DNA of 64,000 bases. Source: a virus. The notes under the pieces are model-generated. The model was not told the DNA's origin. It ran no database searches and saw only the letters and a program-made list of their open reading frames with translations. Both the position numbers and the translations under genes were made by a program. The stretch spans positions 32,001-96,000 of IMG/VR virus record IMGVR_UViG_3300027734_000045; one strand, 5' to 3'. Within the stretch, counting starts at the first letter, position 1. Every line of letters starts with the position of its first letter. This document shows positions 1-8,238 of this stretch, in pieces.

Positions 1-9
1 CGCGTAAGC

Positions 10-116
10 TTCGGGTCGTTTTTCTTCGTCGTTTCTCGACCCGAAATGACAGTCGGTTTTTTCGTTTCCCGACTGTCGGAGGGAGGGGACTGTGTCCATT
101 CCGGTCTCCTCCTTCT
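10..116 (+). ncRNA. Three tandem stem-loops; candidate structured RNA or 3' UTR
   Basis: Perfect stems 10-18/37-45 and 48-56/69-77; stem 78-91/103-116 has G-U pairs, favouring the + strand. Confidence 0.45.
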
Positions 117-124
117 CAAAACTT

Positions 125-176
125 TATATAAAAAGTTTCCAAAAATGACAGATTCTAGAGTATTTCCTGTTATAAT
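125..176 (+). promoter_or_regulatory. Phage early promoter copy
   Basis: CCTGTTATAAT at 166-176 with A-rich upstream block; same motif recurs before many early genes. Confidence 0.75.
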
Positions 177-214
177 CGTATTAGGCAAGTAAGAGACAGA
201 ACGAAGGAGAACAC

Positions 215-2074
215 ATGGCTCACTTGAAAGACGGAACAACAAAGGCACAGAACACGCCACCGCAGTGGTTGCCTGTAGGTGCAAACATCGGTCGAGTAGT
301 AAATGACTGGGCGAACCGAGGAGACCTAGTTGTCTATCTTGGTCCAGGCGCTGGAGGACCTGCTCCAGCATGTTACACTCCATCTCTCGCTGAAATTGAA
401 ATCAACACAGACGTAGCGTTCGGAGCTATCACAGACCCGAAGACAATCGGAGACCTATCTGTTCGCAAGAATCAGTACAAGTATCCAAAGGCGATTGGCG
501 CTATCATGCACGAATCATTCCACGCACGCTTCACTCGCTGGGACTTGGTTGCGGCAGCTAAGGCTCTTCAACCTGATGAGCTTGCTGCTCTGCATTGGCT
601 GGAAGAGACTCGAATCGAAAAGTTTGGACTTAGGTCTATGCCGAAGAATCGCGCGTTCCTTCGCAGTTGTGCTTTGGAAATCGTTATCGACGACATGCAC
701 GAAGGAATCAAGTCAGCGAAGTCAGTCGAGGCGGTTGCGCAGATAGCAGCTTTAGTTCTCGCAAGAATCGACGCAGGAGTAATCGATCGCGTTGACGTGT
801 ACGCACTGGCTCCGATGATTGAGTCGATGCTCGGTGAAGAGCTACTTGCAAGTCTTCGTGAAATCTGGTTGGAATTCCAGGAACACGATGAGCACGCGAA
901 TCCACTTCCACTTTACGACTTAGCTCGCGAATGGGCGAAGCTCGTTAGAGAAGTAGCCGAAGAAGGAGAAGGCGAAGGCGAAGGCGAAGGCGAAGGCGAA
1001 GGCGAAGGTTCCGGTGAAGGCGATTGCGAAAAACCTGGCAGTGGCAAAGGTAAAGGCAAGGGTAAAGGCACAGGAGACTACGAAGTACTCGTGCAAGAAC
1101 TTGTAGATGCTCTCAGCGAAGCTGCCGAAGACGCAATCATCAACGCTCAATCAGAACTTGACGACCAGGAACTAAGTGACGACTACAAAGAAGAAGCAGA
1201 CATGCGAACTCGCTACAATCAAGAAGTTGCGAAGAACGCCGAAGTCGCTAAGAACGTTTTCTCAAGAGCCACTGGACCAGGCAGTGGACAGGCAACTTCA
1301 TCAAGTCTTATTGAATCTCGCGTGCCAACATCTAAAGAGAGAATTGCGGCAGTGCAGGTTGCCAACGCGTTGAAGAAGGCAAAATACCGTGATCGTTCAG
1401 AGACCACAGTGTCATCTGTGATTCCACCTGGACGTCTGCGTACTCGCACTCTGGTGCAGGGAACTGCGGCGAAGACTAAAAACCCGATGGCTTCTGTTGA
1501 GCCATGGCGTCAAACAAAGCGTAAGCACGTGGACGACCCAGAACTTAAAATCGGAGTGATGGTTGACATCTCTGGTTCTATGGGTGGAGCGATGCAGCCA
1601 ATGGCTTCTGCAGCTTGGATTCTTTCAGAGGCGACCAAGCGAGTTCAAGGAAAAGCAGCAATGGTCTACTACGGTAGCAGCGTCTTCCCGACTCTAAAGC
1701 CTGGACAAAACCTAGACAAGGTGAATGTCTACTCGGCTCCGGACGGAACTGAAGAGTTCGACACAGCGTTCAGAGTTCTTGACGGAGGTCTGAACTTGAC
1801 TGCTGGGACAGGAGCTCGTCTGCTCGTCGTAGTTTCCGATGGACACTACACTCCTGAGCAGACTAAGCTTGCGAAAGCTGCAGTGGCAAAGTGCGCGAGT
1901 GCCGGAGTTGGAGTTCTCTGGATTACGTTCCAGCGAGATGGTGGAGTAATCCAAAACTATCTGAATGGAAAGCCTGGAACAAAGTTAGTCCAAGTTCTTG
2001 ACAAGGACTTCACCAAAGCAGCGATGGAAATCGGTGCGGCAGCTGCGCAGGCATTGACTGCAGCAGGAAGATAA
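215..2074 (+). CDS. vWA-domain protein with N-terminal HExxH metallopeptidase-like region (CobT/MoxR-partner type)
   Basis: HESFH motif, acidic GE/GK linker, C-terminal MIDAS VDISGSM...GTE...VVSDG; SD GAAGGAG upstream. Confidence 0.8.
   Translation: MAHLKDGTTKAQNTPPQWLPVGANIGRVVNDWANRGDLVVYLGPGAGGPAPACYTPSLAEIEINTDVAFGAITDPKTIGDLSVRKNQYKYPKAIGAIMHESFHARFTRWDLVAAAKALQPDELAALHWLEETRIEKFGLRSMPKNRAFLRSCALEIVIDDMHEGIKSAKSVEAVAQIAALVLARIDAGVIDRVDVYALAPMIESMLGEELLASLREIWLEFQEHDEHANPLPLYDLAREWAKLVREVAEEGEGEGEGEGEGEGEGSGEGDCEKPGSGKGKGKGKGTGDYEVLVQELVDALSEAAEDAIINAQSELDDQELSDDYKEEADMRTRYNQEVAKNAEVAKNVFSRATGPGSGQATSSSLIESRVPTSKERIAAVQVANALKKAKYRDRSETTVSSVIPPGRLRTRTLVQGTAAKTKNPMASVEPWRQTKRKHVDDPELKIGVMVDISGSMGGAMQPMASAAWILSEATKRVQGKAAMVYYGSSVFPTLKPGQNLDKVNVYSAPDGTEEFDTAFRVLDGGLNLTAGTGARLLVVVSDGHYTPEQTKLAKAAVAKCASAGVGVLWITFQRDGGVIQNYLNGKPGTKLVQVLDKDFTKAAMEIGAAAAQALTAAGR
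961..1070 (+). repeat. GAAGGC tandem repeat encoding (GE)n then (GK)n linker
   Basis: Visible 6-bp tandem repeat inside the vWA gene. Confidence 0.85.
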
Positions 2075-2085
2075 GAGGAGAGCAA

Positions 2086-2226
2086 ATGAAAGAGTCAAAA
2101 AAGTATACGCTGGTTGAGTACCTACTTGACGGCAACAAGGTTGTCTCTGCGATTCATTACCGAGACTTTTGGCAGTTCATGCGTGAGCATCCAGAAGCTG
2201 TGATAGTGAAATCTACCGGCAAATAG
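2086..2226 (+). CDS. Small hypothetical protein (46 aa, MKESKKYTLVEY...), not in ORF track
   Basis: GAGGAG SD, ATG at 2086, open to TAG at 2224-2226. Confidence 0.65.
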   Translation: MKESKKYTLVEYLLDGNKVVSAIHYRDFWQFMREHPEAVIVKSTGK

Positions 2227-2228
2227 AT

Positions 2229-2344
2229 TTTGGTCCTGGGCAACCTACTCCTTCAGGTTGTCCAGGCCAAAGCTCTCAGAGGTCCAATGAGACCACGAGA
2301 CACGGAGACCATAGTAGTTGCCATCCGGCTAGTTCAAGGGTCTC
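2229..2344 (+). ncRNA. Multi-hairpin intergenic element; first loop ACTCCTTC is anti-SD-like
   Basis: Long stem 2229-2246/2255-2271 with one G-U pair and one bulge; further GAGACC/GGTCTC stem downstream. Confidence 0.45.
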
Positions 2345-2354
2345 ACGGAGGCTC

Positions 2355-2414
2355 AAAAAATCTTAAAAAATCTTTGCAGAATGGGAATAAAAGCGGAGCA
2401 AAACCTGTTATTAT
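2355..2414 (+). promoter_or_regulatory. Phage early promoter copy
   Basis: AAAAAATCTTTGCAGAATG...CCTGTTATTAT. Confidence 0.65.
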
Positions 2415-2447
2415 AGATAGGTAGCAACTAAACGAAGGTAGAAAAAC

Positions 2448-2630
2448 ATGGACAAACAAAAAGTCAATGGGGTCTGGGAAATCAGAACGAAGAACGACGA
2501 CAAGATGATTCTCAGATTCAGAGCGTATAAGCAGAGAGACATCAACCTCCAACTCAAGAAGGCGGAGATTGGATTGAAGATTCCAGCCGACAACTTGGTT
2601 GCGGTATTCATAGCCGAATGGCTAGATTAG
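2448..2630 (+). CDS. Hypothetical protein
   Basis: ORF directly after promoter, purine-rich RBS. Confidence 0.7.
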   Translation: MDKQKVNGVWEIRTKNDDKMILRFRAYKQRDINLQLKKAEIGLKIPADNLVAVFIAEWLD

Positions 2631-2764
2631 TGAGAAGGCGCGAAGACAGAGTGCTGGTTCTGTTGGCCAAGGATTCTGACAGTCTAGAGGGACGCAAGGG
2701 AGTCTTAGAGCTGGTGTCCTGTAGACGCGGTAAGCACTGTGAGATTCACGGACAAAAGCGTTTA

Positions 2765-2824
2765 CAAAAAAGTTATAAAAAGTTTCGCAAATGTGCAGCA
2801 AAGTAGAGCGAAACCTGTTATAAT
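2765..2824 (+). promoter_or_regulatory. Phage early promoter copy
   Basis: AAAAAAGTTATAAAAAGTTTCGCAAATGTGCAG...CCTGTTATAAT. Confidence 0.8.
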
Positions 2825-2875
2825 CGAATAGTAGCAAAAACCAAATACAAATGACAAACGACAAAAGGAGTCAAC

Positions 2876-3112
2876 ATGGCAACTGTAAAAAGCCTAATCG
2901 AACAACTTCAAGAAATTGAAGACCAGAACCAACCAATCATCTTTCAGTACTACATCGCTGAACACTTCATCGACCCGGAGACAAACGACAACCTGGAGCC
3001 AAAGCGCTTTGAAATAGTTGCGGAAAACGTCGAAAGAATCGATGGACTTTGGGAAGACATCTACGAAGAAATTGCAACCAACGTAATGGCATTGGAGAGC
3101 GACAATGAGTAA
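2876..3112 (+). CDS. Acidic hypothetical protein
   Basis: SD AAGGAG; leader AAACGACAAAAGGAG. Confidence 0.75.
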   Translation: MATVKSLIEQLQEIEDQNQPIIFQYYIAEHFIDPETNDNLEPKRFEIVAENVERIDGLWEDIYEEIATNVMALESDNE

Positions 3113-3326
3113 TCAAACCACAATCGAAATCACAACTCAACGCTGCATGTTTTGCGGAGACAACTCCGTGATGACAGTTGATGCGGCAAGTTACGTGGCA
3201 TGGAAAGATGGAGCATTGATTCAGGATGCTTTTCCAGAGTTCGACGCAGCAACAAGAGAAGTAATCAAAACTGGAACTCACGGCAAATGCTGGGAGCAAA
3301 TGTTCGGTATTCCGGACACACTGTAG
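3105..3326 (+). CDS. Hypothetical protein with CxxC...HxxC (putative Zn site)
   Basis: CMFC and HGKC; overlaps upstream gene. Confidence 0.7.
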   Translation: MSNQTTIEITTQRCMFCGDNSVMTVDAASYVAWKDGALIQDAFPEFDAATREVIKTGTHGKCWEQMFGIPDTL

Positions 3327-3339
3327 AGACGGAGAAACT

Positions 3340-3726
3340 ATGAAAGAAAAAATCCTAGTTGAAGGCACAGAAACAAACGCAGCTGCTTATCCAAACGCAC
3401 TAAATGGTCCTTGGACAGCATCTATTCACCAGATACTTCACAACGACGACAGACTCTGGTACGTCATCGAGTACACGAGTCCAAACTACGGTGAAGGCAA
3501 ATACTCTTGCACTTATAAAGGCGGAGCGACCCTCGAGTTGATGAAGCAAGCTCTTGCCGACCAGATTACCAAGGTCTCAGAATCTGATGTCACGGAAGAC
3601 ACTCCACGCTTTGGTTCGTGCACCTACTGCGACCGCAAAGCGACTCCTGCTGGATACCAACTAAGTTCTCTACTCCCTTGGGCTATTGAGGACGACAACT
3701 ACGATGGTTGCCGAGGTTGGGACTAA
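3340..3726 (+). CDS. Hypothetical protein, C-terminal CxxC...YDGCRGWD
   Basis: ORF with SD GGAG. Confidence 0.7.
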   Translation: MKEKILVEGTETNAAAYPNALNGPWTASIHQILHNDDRLWYVIEYTSPNYGEGKYSCTYKGGATLELMKQALADQITKVSESDVTEDTPRFGSCTYCDRKATPAGYQLSSLLPWAIEDDNYDGCRGWD

Positions 3727-3783
3727 AAATAGTCGAAAAATCTTTGCTCAAATGCAGCTTTTGCTCTAAATACCTGTTATAAT
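3725..3783 (+). promoter_or_regulatory. Phage early promoter copy
   Basis: AAAAATCTTTGCTCAAATGCAG...CCTGTTATAAT. Confidence 0.8.
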
Positions 3784-3813
3784 CGTATTAGACAAAAAGA
3801 CGGAGGATTCAAA

Positions 3814-3975
3814 ATGGCAAATACACACGCACATTCAATCGAAAACAAAAGCTACATCAAGGCGATGCGCGAGATTCGCAGAAGCAACGCGGCAGGATTA
3901 CACGCCGACAAGCGAACACGGAGAGCACGCACTCGTTCAGCATCACTAACCCGCGCAATGCGCGATTACAACTAG
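3814..3975 (+). CDS. Small Arg-rich basic protein (53 aa, ...IRRSNAAGLHADKRTRRARTR...), not in ORF track
   Basis: SD GGAGG, ATG at 3814, TAG at 3973-3975; first gene after a promoter. Confidence 0.75.
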   Translation: MANTHAHSIENKSYIKAMREIRRSNAAGLHADKRTRRARTRSASLTRAMRDYN

Positions 3976-3983
3976 GAGAAAAA

Positions 3984-4361
3984 ATGACAGAAAACGAAAA
4001 CACAAACGAACTGGTCTCGCTAGAACGCGAGCTAACCGAGACTGAGGCAAGAAGCCTAAGTCGTGAGCAGGTGGCAACTCGAAAGAAGCTGAAGTGGGAA
4101 AACTATCCTGCTGTCCACGGACACATCGTAAAGCACATCACCGAGCTCGAGCACTCTCCTGTAGAGTACTACGAGTGGTTTTGGACAAAGGCACCAGAGT
4201 GTCCTAGTTGCGGTGGATTCATTCCAAACAATGAGAACCCTGGGGCTTACATGGGAGCAATCTCACGGAAAGATAACAAGACCGAAATCTGTTCTGCTTG
4301 CGGAACGATCGAGGCAATAGCAGACTTTTACGAAAGTCAGAAGGCAGGTAGCAATGAGTAG
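3984..4361 (+). CDS. Zn-finger hypothetical protein
   Basis: CPSC...AISRKDNKTEICSACG; SD AGGAG. Confidence 0.75.
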   Translation: MTENENTNELVSLERELTETEARSLSREQVATRKKLKWENYPAVHGHIVKHITELEHSPVEYYEWFWTKAPECPSCGGFIPNNENPGAYMGAISRKDNKTEICSACGTIEAIADFYESQKAGSNE

Positions 4362-4725
4362 CGAAATCAAAGAAGAAATGACTCTTGACGCATTGATGAG
4401 CAAAGTTCTGGAGATTCTTCCGGATGCGATTCTCTCTGAAGAATCTGGAGAAATCGTGATTGCCACTGGGTTGCGGGAAAACTCTCCCGGTGACGTGCTG
4501 ACTCCAGCAGATGTCATCGATGGAGATACGGTATCCTCAACTCACTACTTCACAGACGATGGAACCTACGGCTCCGTCGATGGGATGGAAATCATGGACA
4601 CCTCGGCTTGGACTTCAGAGGACTGGGAACGAATCGAGGAAGCCGGAGACTCTGCTCGCCTCGCTGAGGCAAGAGTAATCTCAAGTCTCAGAAAAAAGCA
4701 AAACGAAAAAGAAGGCGGTAACTAA
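4354..4725 (+). CDS. Acidic hypothetical protein
   Basis: Overlapping operon arrangement. Confidence 0.7.
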   Translation: MSSEIKEEMTLDALMSKVLEILPDAILSEESGEIVIATGLRENSPGDVLTPADVIDGDTVSSTHYFTDDGTYGSVDGMEIMDTSAWTSEDWERIEEAGDSARLAEARVISSLRKKQNEKEGGN

Positions 4726-4919
4726 TGTTCGATTACGATTCATGGAAAACCAGTGGGTACGGAGACGATGAAGTTGCAATGACTGTCTCCTTTGAGTGCG
4801 ACAAGTGCGAGCATCAAAACGATGACATGGAAGCTGTCGGCTCACGTCGAAGTGACGAAGTCTACGTTGAATGTGAAGAATGCGGTAAAGAAAACTGCGT
4901 TAGCGTCGGTGGAGACTAG
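4725..4919 (+). CDS. Zn-ribbon protein
   Basis: CDKC...CEECG; TAATG stop/start coupling. Confidence 0.7.
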   Translation: MFDYDSWKTSGYGDDEVAMTVSFECDKCEHQNDDMEAVGSRRSDEVYVECEECGKENCVSVGGD

Positions 4920-4923
4920 TTAC

Positions 4924-4982
4924 AAAAAAGTTATAAAAAACTTTGCAAATGTGCAGCTTTTTGCTCCAGTTCCTGTTATAAT
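4924..4982 (+). promoter_or_regulatory. Phage early promoter copy
   Basis: AAAAAAGTTATAAAAAACTTTGCAAATGTGCAG...CCTGTTATAAT. Confidence 0.8.
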
Positions 4983-5022
4983 CGAACTAGAAACAAAAAG
5001 ACAAACGACAAAAGGAGCTCAA

Positions 5023-5328
5023 ATGACCGAATTCGCGGAATGGCTAGAAAAGTCAAAGGTAGTAGCTGAAGCACGCAAAACCGAAATCTGGAGTACGGAG
5101 AACGGAGAACTTGTATGCGTAGACAGTAGCTGCATGGGAAACAGGATGTACACTGAAGTCACTTCAAGTAAGCGTAAGAAGACTACTCAAGATGGTGGAT
5201 ACTTACTTGACGCTCGCGAAATCGAGTACATGAGAAACTTCTTAATCAATGAAATCGGAGAAAAATCTCCAACCTGCACTTGCGGCAGGGTAGAAATCAA
5301 AGTCGCTGAAGCAATAAGCGTCAGCTAA
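5023..5328 (+). CDS. Hypothetical protein (start revised to MTEFAEW)
   Basis: Leader AAACGACAAAAGGAG precedes ATG at 5023; the longer track ORF runs through the promoter. Confidence 0.75.
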   Translation: MTEFAEWLEKSKVVAEARKTEIWSTENGELVCVDSSCMGNRMYTEVTSSKRKKTTQDGGYLLDAREIEYMRNFLINEIGEKSPTCTCGRVEIKVAEAISVS

Positions 5329-5344
5329 ACAGAAAGAAGCAAAG

Positions 5345-5530
5345 ATGAAAATCTACTCACTAAAAATCACACCTGCTAACGCAGACCACGCTTCACCTAT
5401 TTACGAAGTTCATTCTTGGGAAAAGGTAGAAGAAATCATCAAATCGACAAAAGAACTCTACAACGGAGAATTCACTTTTGAAGTCTTCGGTAGAGTAGAA
5501 GCTCGAGTAGCGGAAACGGAGACACTATGA
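5345..5530 (+). CDS. Hypothetical protein
   Basis: ORF in operon. Confidence 0.65.
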   Translation: MKIYSLKITPANADHASPIYEVHSWEKVEEIIKSTKELYNGEFTFEVFGRVEARVAETETL

Positions 5531-5748
5531 GTATGAAAATATACTGGGACGAAATGTCTGAAGCAGAAATGAAAAAGTCTGGTGCCGAATACCACGCTTG
5601 CAACAACAAAGCCTGCGGACACACACCACTCATCTGGCAGCAAGCCGTTGGAGACGCAGTCTGCGAAGGTTGCGGTAAATGGCAAAATGAAGAAGAAGAA
5701 GAAGAAGAAGAAGAAGAAGAAGAAGAAGAAAGCGAGAAAAGCGAATGA
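5527..5748 (+). CDS. Cys-rich protein with poly-Glu tail
   Basis: CNNKACG...CEGCG followed by a (GAA)n tract at about 5688-5730; ATGA overlaps at both ends. Confidence 0.7.
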   Translation: MSMKIYWDEMSEAEMKKSGAEYHACNNKACGHTPLIWQQAVGDAVCEGCGKWQNEEEEEEEEEEEEEESEKSE

Positions 5749-6050
5749 GTGAAAACCAACCAACGCAAGAAGAAATCCTATTCAATCTAACGCAGGCTCT
5801 GCAGAACGCCAACGCACTGCTTGGACAACTAGAGCAAACTGACTTGGTGAAACTTCACCGCAGACGAATCGGCAAACTTTGGTCTTTCTATCTGAAGAAG
5901 CGAGTCGCTGCAGCGCAAAAAATAACCTGGGGCGAATGGCTTTCTGACGAGGCGAACATGGCCAAGTTTAAGGCTTGGTTATTTAATGACGAAGTCGACG
6001 AAGAACTTATCTCTCTTAGCAACGGAGAAGAAGGCGAGAAAAACCAATGA
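5745..6050 (+). CDS. Hypothetical protein
   Basis: ATGA-coupled ORF. Confidence 0.65.
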   Translation: MSENQPTQEEILFNLTQALQNANALLGQLEQTDLVKLHRRRIGKLWSFYLKKRVAAAQKITWGEWLSDEANMAKFKAWLFNDEVDEELISLSNGEEGEKNQ

Positions 6051-6292
6051 GAACTATCGGTCGTTTCTTGATTGCGGTAGTCACCGCACCAATCGTACTA
6101 ATCGCCTACGGACTTCTCTGGGTTCTTTTGATAGGACTCGGAGCAGAGGATAACGGAATGTTCTATTCGAACCTTCCATTCATTGCAGCCGGCTGGATTA
6201 CAACGCTAACTGCGTTCCCGTGGCTGATGAGATTAACGGATTCCATCGACAGATGGATGGAAAACCAAGCACGAACACCATACAAAAAATAA
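6047..6292 (+). CDS. Membrane protein (two hydrophobic segments)
   Basis: Two hydrophobic stretches; ATGA overlap. Confidence 0.7.
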   Translation: MRTIGRFLIAVVTAPIVLIAYGLLWVLLIGLGAEDNGMFYSNLPFIAAGWITTLTAFPWLMRLTDSIDRWMENQARTPYKK

Positions 6293-6304
6293 GGAGAGAC
6301 AAAA

Positions 6305-6625
6305 ATGTCTGAAAAAACCAAAGCAGCACCAAAAACCCGTTTAGAGTCGCTTCCGCGCCTTCCAGAAGGCGTGCAGTTGCCGGAAGGGTATGTACCTGCC
6401 TACTACCGTAAACGCGCCAGTCTCGCGGTCCTAAGGGCCTTAGACGGCAGCGGATACAAGGTTCTTGAGGTACAAACCGGAATCATTCACGACGCAAAAA
6501 CCACAAGAGAGACATCTCGCTTGATGGCACAAATTGGCCGCGACATTAGAGCGGTAAGAGAAGCATCTAAGCCCGCGAAGGTGACAGTTTCAACTGAAAC
6601 CCTGGTAGAATCAAAGGAAGCCTAA
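6305..6625 (+). CDS. Hypothetical protein
   Basis: SD AAGGAG. Confidence 0.7.
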   Translation: MSEKTKAAPKTRLESLPRLPEGVQLPEGYVPAYYRKRASLAVLRALDGSGYKVLEVQTGIIHDAKTTRETSRLMAQIGRDIRAVREASKPAKVTVSTETLVESKEA

Positions 6626-6701
6626 ACTTTAGGTCCAGGAGATAACCAAAACCCCTGAACACAATACGACCGAGTACTAACTCACGGAAAGGTAGGTCGG
6701 A

Positions 6702-7268
6702 ATGAAAAAGAAGAAATGGTTATCGTTTGTGCTGACTGCGTTGTTCACGCTAGCTCTTGCTAGTGGAAGCGATGCGGCAGTAGGCACGGAGGTCCGAGCG
6801 TCGCAAGACGTAAAGGTAAAGTCTGTGCCTTCAAGTGAAACAACCCAAGCGAATTTCGCTTTCGTCCAGAAGCTAATAAAAGCATCGGAGAGAAAGAGAA
6901 TCGCGCAAGTCGTGCGGAGGCTGAAGTACTATGTTGGTAAAACAAGATACGTATTTTCTGGTGACACTCCTCAAGGCTGGGACTGCTCGGGTCTCGTCCG
7001 CTGGACGTACGAGAAACTAGGAGTCACTCTAGAGCATTCTGCTACAAAGCAGAAGAACTCTGGAACCCTGGTAAAAAACCCTCTTCCCGGGGATATCGTG
7101 GCCTTCAGCTACGGTAGCGGAAGTAGTTTCTACCACTCGGGTATCTACATCGGAAATGGAAAAGTTCTTCATGCTCAACAGGCACGCGGAACATTCATCA
7201 GTTCGTTAGATAGCCCGCTCTTCGCAGGTAATAAGATTACCTTCACGCGAATCATAATAAACCAATAA
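6702..7268 (+). CDS. Secreted NlpC/P60 cell-wall peptidase
   Basis: Signal peptide; YVFSG...GWDCSGLV, PGDIVAF, HSGIYIGNGKVLHA (Cys-His-His). Confidence 0.92.
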   Translation: MKKKKWLSFVLTALFTLALASGSDAAVGTEVRASQDVKVKSVPSSETTQANFAFVQKLIKASERKRIAQVVRRLKYYVGKTRYVFSGDTPQGWDCSGLVRWTYEKLGVTLEHSATKQKNSGTLVKNPLPGDIVAFSYGSGSSFYHSGIYIGNGKVLHAQQARGTFISSLDSPLFAGNKITFTRIIINQ

Positions 7269-7288
7269 TCCCGTTCAGGGGAATCTCC

Positions 7289-7323
7289 GGTCACCGTCGG
7301 CTTCTGTCGGCGGTGATCTTTTT
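7289..7323 (+). terminator. Intrinsic terminator
   Basis: GGTCACCGTCGGC-TTCT-GTCGGCGGTGATC followed by TTTTT. Confidence 0.8.
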
Positions 7324-7373
7324 CGCCTTGAAGCGCAAAGTCACGCGGAAAGCACCCTTGCTAGAATCGCACT

Positions 7374-7634
7374 ATGAATCTGAAGGGAAATCAAATGAAA
7401 GACAAAATCTCACCTATCGTAGCGGATACATCAGGCTGGTACCGTAAAGCTCAGGACGCGGAATTGTATTGCGGATGGTGCTTACCAGCGAGAGCAGCTC
7501 TAGCTCACCAAGCGCACCCTGAACGAAAGTGGATTGCCACGGAAACCGGCGACTTCCTAGTTCTCGTCGGAGACGTCTTGGACAAAGTCTCTGAGGCAGA
7601 AAAGAACCTGCATCGCAGCTGCGAAAACGGATAG
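7374..7634 (+). CDS. Hypothetical protein (CxxC)
   Basis: ORF; TAGAAT just upstream; alternative start at MKDK after AAGGGA. Confidence 0.6.
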   Translation: MNLKGNQMKDKISPIVADTSGWYRKAQDAELYCGWCLPARAALAHQAHPERKWIATETGDFLVLVGDVLDKVSEAEKNLHRSCENG

Positions 7635-7638
7635 TTCT

Positions 7639-7687
7639 AAAAAAGTTATAAAACTAGGTGTACTTTCTGCCAAGTACCTGTTATAAT
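7639..7687 (+). promoter_or_regulatory. Phage early promoter copy
   Basis: AAAAAAGTTATAAAA...CCTGTTATAAT. Confidence 0.75.
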
Positions 7688-7718
7688 GATTATACGGTAA
7701 TCATAACGACAGAAAGAG

Positions 7719-7931
7719 GTGAGTGCCATGGAAATACAAGTAGGAAAAATCTCGACTTGGTTAAGTCCAAACGGAGAAGTCTGTAGAGTAAAAGTAGTTT
7801 CTGTAGAAGACGGAAGACAAGGTAAAGTCTTTACGGGCTACAGAGTGAATGAGAAAGACGAGCCTTTGCAAAACGAAGCAGGCTTCTTTTATCCAACCTT
7901 CTCCGGAATGGCAGAATCTCTCGGAGGTTAA
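7719..7931 (+). CDS. Hypothetical protein
   Basis: ORF after promoter; GAGGTGA may instead serve ATG at 7728. Confidence 0.65.
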   Translation: MSAMEIQVGKISTWLSPNGEVCRVKVVSVEDGRQGKVFTGYRVNEKDEPLQNEAGFFYPTFSGMAESLGG

Positions 7932-7987
7932 CGGCAAATTGCAACTCGATGCGGTAAAATAATACAAAGAAACCAATCGAGGTAGAA

Positions 7988-8224
7988 ATGTCTGAAAACC
8001 CGCAAATCGGAAGCAGAGCGGTAGCAAGAAACTTAGTGATGCGTCTTCTACAGCAATACGAAAGACATCAGCTAAATCCGCTCGACCTCTCTTATCAAGA
8101 GCTAGCTCACATAAACTACGCAATAAAGCTTGCAGACCTGGGAAGAGATTCCGAGTCGCTGAATGACTTTGCGGAAGCAATAGAAAAACTCTTCACAATC
8201 TTCACTCCAAAGTTCGAAGACTAA
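7988..8224 (+). CDS. Hypothetical protein
   Basis: SD GAGGT. Confidence 0.65.
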   Translation: MSENPQIGSRAVARNLVMRLLQQYERHQLNPLDLSYQELAHINYAIKLADLGRDSESLNDFAEAIEKLFTIFTPKFED

Positions 8225-8238
8225 AATAAGGAAAACAA

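Noticed and set aside
2631-2750. Hammerhead ribozyme or tRNA
   Set aside because: No CUGAnGA/GAAA core and no cloverleaf with T-loop; kept only as an unassigned structure
4792-5022. Long N-terminal extension of ORF 4792-5328, and similar extensions of 13633, 14228, 14872, 16181 and 47849
   Set aside because: Extensions read through promoter, leader or upstream-gene sequence; RBS or stop/start coupling supports the downstream ATG
5458-5812. Poly-F, poly-S and poly-L ORFs on the minus strand
   Set aside because: Antisense readings of the (GAA)n tract of gene 5527-5748
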